The translations under genes were made by a program, and so were the position numbers. DNA of 33,065 bases, taken from Octopus bimaculoides (Eukaryota). The notes below the pieces were generated by a model. It worked only from the letters and a program-made list of their open reading frames with translations, did no database searches and had not been told where the DNA came from. Below are positions 11,463 through 22,273 of the stretch, in pieces (position 1 is the stretch's first letter; each line of letters starts with the position of its first letter). The stretch is taken from contig NC_068996.1 of NCBI RefSeq assembly GCF_001194135.2, forward strand, positions 24,374,930 to 24,407,994. Direction: 5' to 3'.

Positions 11463-12900
11463 CGTATATGCAACTTATGTTTATATGTACATGTGTGCGT
11501 ATGAATGCATATACAGCGGGTATACTTTCACACACGCATGCACAATATATATTATGCGCTAAATTCTGCATAAAATATTGCTAAGTGTGTGTGTGTCTAA
11601 TTTTGTGTATATTTTATATACATGTAGGTTCAAATATACGTGTGTATAATTTATAGATATGCGTGTGGATATATACATATATGTAAAATTTCTTTTGCTT
11701 TTCACTTTTATTTCTTTATAATTATAAATGTGTGTGTGTATATACATATATATATAGGTATGTTTGTGTGTGTGTGTTTCTATATAGTTGCTACCCTTCC
11801 CTCGCCTCTCTCATGGTGTGCTCCAAATCAACAGGAAGCGTGCATGGTTAAATTGTGCCGTGGCTGACCCATCTATCATACCAAAATAGGCTAACAAGTT
11901 ACGGAAGGCTAATAGAAACAAAATTATCACCCCCTCTACCTCTGCCGTCACTCTTTTTCTTCTTTTTTTTTCCACACACACGCACACACACACACATACA
12001 TACATCCATGCATGCATACATACATACATACACACATCTACATATGGCTGTATGTATATGTTTTCTCTTATTTTTCTTTCTTTCATATTCTTTTTCCTGT
12101 CTTTCTTTCTTTCATTCTCTCTTCTCTTTCTGTCTGACCTCTCTCTCTCCACCTTCTCTGTCTAACTGTCTGTGTCTCTTTCTCTCCATCACACACACGT
12201 TCTCTCTCTCTGTGTTTGTCTTTCTCTCTCTTTCTTTCCCTCACACACATTCTCTTTTTCTCTCTCTTCCTCTCATACAACTCACACGCGCATTCTCTCT
12301 CGCTCTCTCTTATCTCTATTTCTTCCTTCCATCCATCTTTTCTTTCCCCGTTTCATCAGAATGTCTTTACTTTGCCTTATTTTTTCTTCTTGCTTTCATG
12401 TATTTTATTTTTCGTTTTATTTTTTTGTGTGCGTGTGTAAACATGTATGCGTACATCTGTATGCGTCTGTTTGGGTGTGTGCGCGTGCGTAATTACGTGT
12501 TTGCGCGCGCGCGTGTGTGTGTACATGCTTGTATGTGGTTGAAACATGTTAAAACTAAACTAAACAACAAACTAGTATGGAATAATCTATTAACCTTATT
12601 CCGTAATGCAAACCTTTTTTTAGCTCTTCATCTACGTTAAGCCACCTATTTCATGAATTCTTCAAAAGCTAATGGGCTGGACAAATTGCGTTACAAGAGT
12701 TTCATGTTCTTCCTTCCTCCATTCATTCATTTCTGCCTACTATCCTTTTTTATTTTTTTTTGCATCTTTTCTCTCGTTCTTCCTTTCTTTCTCACCTCTT
12801 TATTCCTACCTTTTATTTTCAAGTTTATTTTCTTAAAGAATACTCCGTTCATTACCAAAAAAATAAACTCAGTCTCGCAATGAACTTCGTTTATCTTAAT
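9420..12900. repeat. Long low-complexity block: polypurine/polypyrimidine tracts plus (AG), (ATT), (CA) and (TA) microsatellites
   Basis: Purine-rich at 9470-9760, pyrimidine-rich at 10040-10850 and 12060-12420, with TA/TG runs at 11000-11800. No transposon motif was recognised. Confidence 0.85.
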
Positions 12901-13099
12901 ATTTTCCGATGTAAAATCCAATTTTATTTATTTATTTATTTATCCGACAATCTTTCGTTTTATGTACATGTCGGGCAAGGTGAAAAAGTTAACCAACTGT
13001 CAAACACGGTTACACAGTAAACCACACCCTTCGTTTCATAGACTCTAATGATGCAACACGATTATATGTGCACACAACAAAAGAGATACGCAGTTTCAT

Positions 13100-13960
13100 C
13101 AAAATATCTCATCATGCATGGAACTTTGGGTACTGGTGTACTTAGTCTCCAAAGGCAGGAGTCTATGTCTCATCAGGTGGTGAAGCAGCTCTGCAGGTGT
13201 TTCAGCCTCTTCCACCACAACATCAGAACTGCTCAGGGACACCCACCAATATAGGCAACAAAACTCAAGCACAGCAGCACAAGCTTCATTGAACTAGATT
13301 TTGTAACTCTGGGCCAGATGTTTCTGTCATCCACAATGTTTGTTTTTGTTGCACCATTCATCCTCTCTCTTGAGCCAAATATAATAACTTGCTTTCTCAG
13401 TAGCTTCTGACAATTTTCTAGCGACAACCTTTCTCTCCTTTGCAACCACTTCAAGACACTTGAGCATCAAATGAACTCTGGTTCCAACAAATCCTATTCA
13501 CAGAGTTTAACCAACTCATTATATTTTCTGTCTTTCTTGAGAAAAGCATCTTCAATGTTCAGTTCCCAGAGAATGGTCAGTTTTACTATCTTTATTGCCT
13601 TCCTTTCCTTGTGCAGAAATCTTTCTAAAAAATGAAGACTGTGTGGTTTACCTTATCATGGTTTTGAGGTTATTTTCCTCTCAATTTATTGTCCACCATT
13701 ATATAACCATAAAAATAAAAGCTCACCATTTACTTATTGTTGTGAAAATAATTTGCATTTTTCATAACTTTGTATCTTTAACCAAGATAGTTTACTCTGT
13801 TTCGTGGAGAAACTCAAGCTTAGTCTTATTGTTATTAAGCCCAAGTCAACCACAATACAGCAGAATTATGATCAAAGGTATCCCAGCCATGCCCATCCTG
13901 TTCAATAGGCATTATATTCTCCAAATTACATTTTTCTTTATTGTTTTTCAACAGTGATGC
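13100..13960 (-). mobile_element. 3' end of a HERO-like RLE non-LTR retrotransposon (decayed)
   Basis: Minus-strand translation gives KLTILWELNIEDAFLKKDRKYNELVKLCE (about 13500-13590; the ELTVPWE-type RLE motif) and ERKVVARKLSEATEKASYYIWLKREDEW (about 13340-13440). The 3' UTR has ctgatgtt...gaaacacc. Sequence upstream of 13600 is only weakly supported. Confidence 0.75.
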
Positions 13961-14009
13961 ATGAAGCCCTGTACAGGTTATCAGAGAAAATTCCTCCCTG
14001 CATTTAGAC

Positions 14010-14165
14010 ATGACTCTTTACATTCAAAGTTCAAATCTTACCCTGATCAACTTTGCCTTTCATCCATCTGGAGTCAATAAAATAAAGTATCAGTCCAATA
14101 CTGGAATCATCGTCATCATCAACTAACCCTCACCTCTTAAAACAGCTGGCCTTGAATCTAAGCTG
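14010..14165 (+). mobile_element. Degenerate family-B SINE
   Basis: aagttcaaatc...aactttgcctttcatccatctggagtcaataaaataaagtatcag. Confidence 0.7.
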
Positions 14166-14689
14166 GAAATCATTATTGCATATGGTCCTTATTTAAGATG
14201 AAAGTTTATGATTAGTTGTGACTCACCAGTGCAGTGGCTACCAAACTGTTGCAACAAGATATGTCCCAATACCAAGAAAAGTTTACCAAATACTACAAAT
14301 ATTCAAAGATGGCTGGTGGACACACGACAGTCAAAACACTGTGGCTATAACAACTATCTTGAATACACCGCTCTCTCTGGATACATTACTAATTATTAGG
14401 AGTAATTTCTCATCTCAGAACTTCAAACTGAAAGTCTGGATATAAAAGTCTTTGATAATTATATTTCCTTTATCAAATAAAGTAGTTCTCAATAACAAAA
14501 TAATGAAGATGGAGAACATCTTACAATGTAAAAATGGAAAACTTTAGTGCATTGGAAGATGTTCTCATTCTCTTCATTATTTTATTCTACTTCTTTATCA
14601 CAAAACAAACTACAACACTTTTCTTCCAAGTACTCAATAATTTTCTTTAAGAACATTGGACAAAATGCATTCAATCATTATTTGTTCTG

Positions 14690-14835
14690 GTTCTTTATAT
14701 TCTAAGTTTGAATCCTGCCAAGACCAATTTTGCCTTTCATCCTAGTAGGGAACATTAAAATAAAGGACCAGCCAAATACAAGAATTCATGTAATCAAACG
14801 TTTTCCTTGCTTGCAATTTCAGGTCTTGTGCCAAT
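14690..14835 (+). mobile_element. Degenerate family-B SINE
   Basis: aagtttgaatcctgccaagaccaattttgcctttcatcc...ggtcttgtgcc. Confidence 0.65.
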
Positions 14836-15006
14836 GTTAAAAGCAATATATATACTAGACTGCCCATTGGGTCACCAGAAAAGTGAGTTTCCCAGCAACA
14901 GAGTTTTGTTTTGTGGGCTTTTTTTTCTTTTCCAGGTTATTTTGCATGCTTTCAACAAACGTGACATCAAAATCACATGCAAATGGCTCCTTCCCCACCC
15001 CAAACG

Positions 15007-15125
15007 AAAGATTTGGCTGCTATTTCTTGCACAGCCTGCTACCACGTAAGAGGTATTTTGGATCTTTTATAGCAAATAGCAGTTATGTGGTAGCAGGGCA
15101 TGCTAGAAATAGCAGCCAAATCTTT
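15007..15125. mobile_element. Short MITE-like foldback with 43-bp inverted arms
   Basis: aaagatttggctgctatttcttgcacagcctgctaccacgtaa (15007-15049) is the near reverse complement of 15083-15125, with a 33-nt spacer. Confidence 0.75.
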
Positions 15126-15174
15126 GGAAGTGAGATATGTTGCATGCACTCGAAAAAAACCTATGTAAAAAAAT

Positions 15175-16210
15175 TTATTTCACACCGAAGTTATGAACAG
15201 GTGTGGGGTCTATAGACTGGCATCTGTCACAGCTGCACACCACTTTCCGAACACTTTCCCTGGTAACTTTAGGGTCCACCTTCATGGCCAGGAACAGGGT
15301 CCTGTCTACACCCATATGGTGCATGCTGTGCAGCCTCCTCAGCTTTGAGCCCTCCAGGTGACATGCTGCAGCCACTACACTCTGTACATACTCTGCCACC
15401 TCCAGCCAGGGTTTTTTCACCCTGGTTAACACATCTGCCTTATTCTTTTATGAGGGCACAAACACTACTTGTAGTTTCAAGCCAAACTCAGTGGCCAGCT
15501 CTCTGAGTATTCCTAACCGCTGCTTCACTATCATTTCCGCAGATTCTCCTCTGATTGCTGATCACTGATGCCACCCACCCTCTTACTGTGGCCAAATCAG
15601 TTCGAATTTCCAATATGTGCAGCCTCCATCTCAGCGCCAAGTTCACACCCTTTAGCATGGCATCCAGTTCAGCCACATTGATGTGGCAGCAATCATCCTT
15701 TAAACCGAGCCATGCTGCATCTTCCACCTCTACACCCCCCACTTTCAGGATGACACCTATAGCGATGCTACTTGCATCACACCAAACAACCCCCATTTTG
15801 TTTCAGGCACATTCCAGCTGCCTCTCACTGGATCCTCTGCTCTCACTCTCTCCAAAACGTCTTGCATCATGGCAGTTGTCTTCTCCCCAACTTTATTGCT
15901 CCACTTTACTCCTTTGGCTCACCCCTTGATGAAGCTGCATGCTGTCCAGAGCCATCCTGCAATTGAGTAGGGTCCCACTAGCTTTCTACACAATGAGAAG
16001 AGTTCTCACCTATTCATATCTTTGCTCAGGTCCAGAATTTCATTTCCTCAGCAAAAGACAAGCTTGCCCTTCTTATCTCTTTCAATCTTGAGCCCCAGTG
16101 CAGCACCTCCTTCTATAGCCTCTCGCAGTTTGGTAGTCAGCCCAAACTTCTTAGTTGAGTAGCTGGATAACATCCTATAGATTTCGGACAGGTCTTTTCA
16201 TAGGCATCAA
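15175..16210 (-). mobile_element. Decayed LTR retrotransposon pol fragment (RT end, RNase H, integrase zinc finger), second Gypsy-type family
   Basis: KKFGLTTK...GGAALGL, WCDASSIAIG...INVAELDAMLKGVNLAL...IRTD, and the HHCC finger LHSMHHMGVDRT...CDRCQSIDP. Confidence 0.9.
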
Positions 16211-16424
16211 CATCAACCTTCTCACTCCTAACTCCTGTATGTTCTGAAAATGTAATTTTCTCAAATAAAGTGCACAAATAAAGTGCAATTGTCTTCTCTC
16301 CTGGTGCTGTACAAACATTTAATGTGGTTTTAGAGTCAAGTTTTGGCTGCTATTTTTAGCGTGGTGGTATCTCTTAGATACCATAAATTATAATTTATAT
16401 ATATATATATATATATATGAGAAA

Positions 16425-16680
16425 GAATCTTTGGATGCTGGACCTCACGAAATGACAAGAGATCAGACGTGGTGATTTACTGTACTTAATAAGACATGTT
16501 AAGCTGAGTAAAATTGCTGTCTTCCAGTCCACTCTGTGGGGTGGTTGGTGTTAGAAAGGGCATCTGACCATAAAAACTAGGCCAAAACAGACTCAGTAGT
16601 CTTCTACCTGGCCAGCACCTATCAAACTGCCCAACCCATACCATCATGGAAAGAGGACATTCAACAATGACGATGGTGGT
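16425..16680 (+). mobile_element. Short 3' fragment of an RTE LINE (same family as 31548-33040)
   Basis: EMTRDQTW..VLNKT resembles the ORF2 end, followed by ggttggtgttagaaagggcatc...atggaaagaggacatt and a gat/ggt tail. Confidence 0.7.
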
Positions 16681-17466
16681 ATATATATATCATTTAATTT
16701 ACAGTCTTATATATATATAGGTTTATTGATGTTCATACTTCCTATTAACATTCTCTTCGTTTCTTCTATTTAACAGAAGGTCCTCTCCGTATAACAATAG
16801 ATTAATTTTTTTGATACCAACCAACCAACTGACCAACTAATCTGAAACCAACTCTAGTCCAGTAACAGGAACTTCCTGATTTAAAGTGATCTAAATTACA
16901 GAATTTCATGTTTATTTATGCTTTAAACTCCAGCTTAATAATGAAAATTATTCTAAAAAATCCTTTGAAACAAAGGTCACTTTTTCAATAGAAATATGAT
17001 AGCAAAAGGGTTAAAGTGATTTTAATTAAAACCAACCCTTAAAATGTCGTGTTAATTTAAGTTTCAAATACCAACTTAATAATAACAAAGCTATTTTAAT
17101 AAATTCTTTTCTTATTTTTAAAACTAATATTGATATGGTGATGAGGTGAACTGGAAGGAAAGGGCAGTGACGTAAATATGGCTGTGGGGCCCTACAAAAA
17201 GAGGAAGAAGGAGTGAGGAAGTGAGGGAAGTAGGACCAGCTCGGGCCTCTTTGGCCTCAGGTAGTGGACAGATGCATGTAGTCGTGCAAGCTAGACAGAG
17301 CATTAGTGATAGGTTCTAGTGGTAGGTTAGACGACAGCTAACAGTCAACATAGAGGTAGGTGAACCATACTTTGTTCCTCGTATTACAGTTCCCTCTTAT
17401 TACAAGCTATTTCAGTACTCATATATATATATATATATATTTTCTATGTTGTTGTCCCCTTCCACA

Positions 17467-20400
17467 AGATGGCAGCGAAAATAAGGATCAGCAGCAATGC
17501 CATCAGACCTTTCTGTAGTGATGGAGATGTGATCACCTGAATTCTTAAGACAAAGGTCATAGCAAAGGCTGCAAGCATTGAAGATGTAGCAGGTCTCATG
17601 GCTCTGATTCTGAAGAGAAATGGATGAAATAGACCAACTGGATGCAGAGAAGATCAAGCAGTGCTTAAAAGAAAGTCTTTACAGAAGGATTATATGCTGT
17701 GTTCGCCAAGCTTGGAAAGGTCAGGTAGATGGGGGAACAGGTGGGCATATATGCAGTAGAGGTTCAGGTGGACACATATGCAGCTATCTGGTTTTACCGG
17801 AGAGGGACTAGAAAAGGCGGCACAGTTGGCTTTTGTAAATAGTTTCCCTGATGACATATCAGTGTGGCTGCAACAATTGCCAGGCAGCAAGAAAATAGCG
17901 ATGAGCAAACTCATCACTCAGGCCCACATGTTGACACAAAATGGGTGAAATGCAGTGGCATGTGACCTCATGGGACAATTGATGATGCATGAGGAGAGAA
18001 AAACTGCTGTGGAATGGCAGCAACCATTTGTGAGCTGGTGTTTCAAGTGCCAGGGACTGCACATGGCAAGGGACTGCACAGAGACAAAGCCTGAACCCAT
18101 TTGCTACCGGTGCAGGCAGACAAGGTATATTGCTCAAACCTGCAGCCAGGGAAAAGGCCATGGGGAAGTTGCTGCCTCTCAAACTTAGCCTGCAAACAAG
18201 TAGAGGCTCTTGTGCAGTCACTGCCCATAGTTGAAACCCTTGTTGGAGGAAAGGTATTCAAAGCCCTCATGAATATGGGCTGTACAACATATCTTGCAAC
18301 CCCAAGGGTGACAAAAAGCGTAAGAGTATGAGTAGTGTTAGGGTGACAGTGCAGGGCACAACGCTGATGTTATGGACAATTGTGATTGACCATGTGGTAG
18401 ACAGAATTGGTGATGGGCATGGATGTGATCAGTGTCAGTGGAGACATGGTTTCATTTGGTGGTGCAGAGGTGTCATGTGCTGTGAGTCTGCAACAAGAGA
18501 GGGGACAGAGTCCAGGTAGTGGGGAGTGTACAGCTTACACCATTGAGGATAAAGATTTTCAGGAGGTGTTCAATGGTTAGTGATGAACAGTTGAGCCACG
18601 TTGGAAAGGGGAACCCCCCTACACTGAGGAACTGGCTAAGCTGTTATCAGCATAACTTGAAAGGAGATACCAGGAGTGAGTTTGAAGGAGAAGTAGGGAG
18701 ATGGATTAGGGAGAGTATCCTAATCCCGTGGAAGGAAGAAGTGAAGAGTGAAGTGCTGCCACTAATGGCAGTGGTGCAGCCAATGAAGGGCAAGGTCAGG
18801 CTGGTACTGGACTTTCGAGAACTGAATGGCCATGTATCTGGAGACAGATAATGAGGATGGCACCAATCATCGACTTGAACTCGGCATATCTGCAGCTCCA
18901 CGTGAGCAAGAAATTGTGGAAGTACAGAGTGTGCCAAAAGTCACTGATGGGTTTCTATTTTTAATAACTTTCTTAACTTTTCAAATAAATGAATGAAATT
19001 TTGATACAATATAAAGAACATAATGGAAATTAATATGTATGAGTCAAATTTTGCAACACCACTATATCACATATGAAAAATGACGTCGTTTAAATGGCAG
19101 CCATTTTCGACTTTGCACACCCGTGCTCTTTACCAAACTTGCACCATAACACTCTCAAGAGTTTCAGACCCCATTTCTCTGATTTCTATATTGACATTCT
19201 CCTTTAGTTGCACCAGGGTCTCCAATTTGTTGACATAAACCCTCTCTTCAGGTATCCAAAATTGAGACCTTTATGCACCCAGCCATTCAAATTAGACCTC
19301 ACATATGGTTCCAGCAAAATGGGGCAACTGCTCATACTGTAAGAGAAACAATGCAGTTGCTACGGCAGTGCTTTGGAGAGAGAATAATCTCCTGCTACGG
19401 CAATGTCAACTGGCCTTCACGATCCCCAGACTTGACAAGCCCGGTTTTTTTCTTGTGGAGATACCTGAAAGAGAGGATTTACATCAACAAACTGGAGATC
19501 CTGGTGCAACTGAAGGAGAACATCAATAGAGAAATGGGATTCTGGAAAGACAACATTGCACGATCGAGGTCATGGAGGAGAGGGGATGCATCTCATCACT
19601 AGAAGTAGTATTTTGGTAGAAGTGGGGTCTGAAACTCTTGAGGGTGTTTCCAAGTTTTGGAAAGAGCACAGGCATGCAAGGCCAAAAATGGCTGCTATTT
19701 AAGTCATTTTCTATGTGATATAGTGATGTTGCAAAATTTGACTTATGTATATTAGTTTCCATTAAGTCTTTTATATTGTATCAAAATTTCATTCATGTAT
19801 TTGTAAAGTTAAGAAAGTTATTAAAAATTGAAACCCATCATGGACTTTTGGAACACCCTGCATCAGCTGGTGAGATATAAGGGCCAGATGTACAGTTTTG
19901 GGTTGAATTTTGCATCAAAGTTCATAGCAACAGTACTCAAATCTATCCTGGGAAAGGTGTACAAGGTAAAAAAAGGCCACCAATTCCTATGTAGACGACA
20001 TTCTGGTAGATGAGACAGTAGTGTCTGCCACAGAGGTCATAAGTCACCTAAAAAAGTTCAAGGTGGCTGCGAAACCATTTGAGCCAATGGTTGGAGGAGC
20101 TGCACTGGGGCTCAAGCTTCAAAGAAACAAAATAGGTGTGTTGGTGTTTGAGAGAGGAAATGAGATTCCGGAATTGGTTACCACCATCAATGGACAAGAC
20201 CTATTCTCGATGTGTGGGAGACTAGTGGGTCACTATTCAACCGCAAGGTGGCTTTGAACAGTGTACAACTATGTCAAGAGATGAGCAGATGGAGCAAGCT
20301 GGGGAGACAAGGTGGGAGAGAGGATGGTGGCAATGATGCAGGAGATTCTAGAGAGGGTAAGGGCAGAAGACCTAGTAAGAGGAAGCTGGTATGCACCCAA

Positions 20401-21260
20401 ATTGGGGAACAGGACAATATGGTGTGATGTGAGTAGCATAGCAATAGGGGTTGTTCCGGAAATCAGGGGTGCCAAAGTGGAGGACACAGCCTGGCTCCAC
20501 TAAAACAGATGATTACAACTACATCAATGTGGCTTGCTCCAGGTGTGCACAAACCAGGAAACAGTAGAGCACAACCGGAGATGGTTGACAGTGGATGTGA
20601 CACACTACTAGCAGGGCACATATCCCTTGATGGTCAACTGTGGACTGGATATGAAGGGAAATTAAGACAGGCACTGTAGATGAGATTGCACATATCCTGA
20701 GCAAGATATTCTTGGAGCAGGTTCCTGTGGGCGAATTGCTGATGGACAACAACACTGTATTTCATTCAGAGATACTGAAGGAGATACCCAGTAAGTGGAA
20801 TGTGCACTGCTTCTTCAGAATGGCATACAGGCCGAGCGGAAATGGGATTGTGGAAAGACACCATTACACAATCAAGGCCATGGAGGGGAGGGGATGCATC
20901 TCACCACAGGAAGTGGAAATTTTGGTAGAATATATCACCCTGATCAGGACAGGCTGAGGAGTCCATTCAGGTATGAATGGCAGCACCTGTGGAAGAGAGA
21001 GGCCCTACCTGCATGCAGGTAGGGGATAAAATCTGGATCAAGTTTCCAAAGGCACACTGCACATCTCAGTGGAACAGAGTGACAGTGATAGTTGTTAGCT
21101 CCAGAAATAATGTCTCTGTGGATGAAATGCTGCATCACGTCTTGAATGTTCACAGAATTGTTGCTTCATCGGACAATGAAGGTGGAGGAGAGGAAGCAAG
21201 CAGCACTCCATCCCTGCAGAGATCACAGTGAGGGGGATGTCTGCCCAGGTGGATGGCAGA
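17467..21260 (+). mobile_element. Decayed LTR retrotransposon gag-pol (second Gypsy-type family), interrupted by a DD41D transposon
   Basis: Candidate PBS TGGCAGCG (17470-17477) follows ...ttccaCA. Gag knuckles CFKCQGLHMARDC and CYRCRQTRYIAQTC; RT VLPLMAVVQPMKGKVRLVLDFRELN, IIDLNSAYLQL and SYVDDILVD (about 19985-20010); RNase H WCDVSSIAIG; integrase LLMDNNTVF...YRPSGNGIVERHH. The order is PR-RT-RH-INT, with a deletion near 20535. Confidence 0.92.
18925..19860 (+). mobile_element. Non-autonomous Tc1/mariner DD41D (rosa-type) derivative
   Basis: Ends are cagagtgtgccaaaagtc... and ...gacttttggaacaccctg, with TA (18923-24) and CA (19861-62) flanks. The internal WFQQNGATAHT...WPSRSPDLTSPVFFLW has 41 residues between the second and third catalytic positions (both mutated). 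Excision restores the host RT frame KLWKYQLVRYKG. Confidence 0.92.
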
Positions 21261-21611
21261 TTTCAACAAAAAAGTACATTATTGATTAAGAAAAATAAAA
21301 AAGGAATCACTTTAATGAGAACCTTGTGTCTGTTCACTATGGCACCATGCCTCACCACAATTTTCCCAGGTCCCACCAGTGGGGTTGTATGCCTCATGTT
21401 GAGAATCACTGAGCTAGAGAATAATTATTTGTTCATTAGTTTCAACACATTGTCTCAGATCAAATCATTTGCCAGGCAAGCTGGGTCATCTTAGCAGCAT
21501 TATAGGCCACTGTGAACATAGATCAAAAATGAGCCCCTGTACCAGTAACCCTTTCCCATATACCAATAACCCTTTCCCCAGGTAAATCAGTGTATTGGGC
21601 CCTATATACTT

Positions 21612-21900
21612 GTAAGACTAATAGATGTAAGTGTTCTCACTGATGAAAAATAAAGCTGTAAAGGAATTTGACAAATTAAATAAATATAAGGACCTGGAAA
21701 TTGAAATACAGAAGATGTGGCATCTTAAAGTGAGAACTGTTCCTGTTACTGTAGGTGCCCAAAGTATGATTTTAAAAAAAGGGATGTCAGAAACATCTAG
21801 ATAATATCCCAGGAGAACCATGTCTCAGAGAAATCCAAAAGATTATGCTGACATCCATAGAAAAACCATTTCCATTTAAATGTCTATGTTGTATTACAAG
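21612..21900 (+). mobile_element. 3' end of an R4/Dong-like RLE non-LTR retrotransposon
   Basis: Translation across frameshifts gives LIDVSV...KEFDKLNKYKDLEIEIQKMWHLKVRTVPVTVGA...QKHLDNIPGEPCLREIQKIMLTS, the typical RLE C-terminus of this clade. Confidence 0.85.
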
Positions 21901-22054
21901 AAGATACCTCGTGACTGCCCCTGCCACTTTCCCTCCCCAAGCTTTCAGTCAAACTGCAATATCTCTTATCCTTCACTCACCCAAGGACACTGTGTGTATC
22001 TCAGCAAGCAATTGTAAAAAAACAAGAAGATTAAAAGTAAAAAATAGTAAAATC

Positions 22055-22273
22055 AATAATAATGGTTTCAAATTTTGGCCTAAGGCTAGCAAGTTCAGGG
22101 AAGTTACTCAGTCAATTACATTGACCTCAGTATGCAACTGGTACTTATTTTATCAATCCCAAAGGGATGAAAAGCAAAGTTGACCTCAGAGAAATTTGAA
22201 CTAAGAATGTGAAGACAGACGAAATGCCACTAAGCATTTTACCTAGTGTTGACGATTCTGCCAGCTCACCCCC
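22055..22273 (-). mobile_element. tRNA-derived SINE, family B
   Basis: Collinear with 5500-5954, including the aataatggtttcaaattttggc tail end. Confidence 0.88.

Noticed and set aside
11855-12640. 261-aa ORF, the longest gap-free ORF
   Set aside because: It is composed of CT/CA/TG low-complexity sequence (FLSLS, THTH) that lacks stop codons for compositional reasons.
13150-13240. Hammerhead in the HERO 3' UTR (ctgatgtt...gaaac and ctgatga on the minus strand)
   Set aside because: The first core has U at A9 and no stem II; the second has no correctly placed GAAA or stems.
21539-21585. Short direct repeat tacca(g/a)taaccctttccc
   Set aside because: A two-copy local slippage duplication with no further structure.
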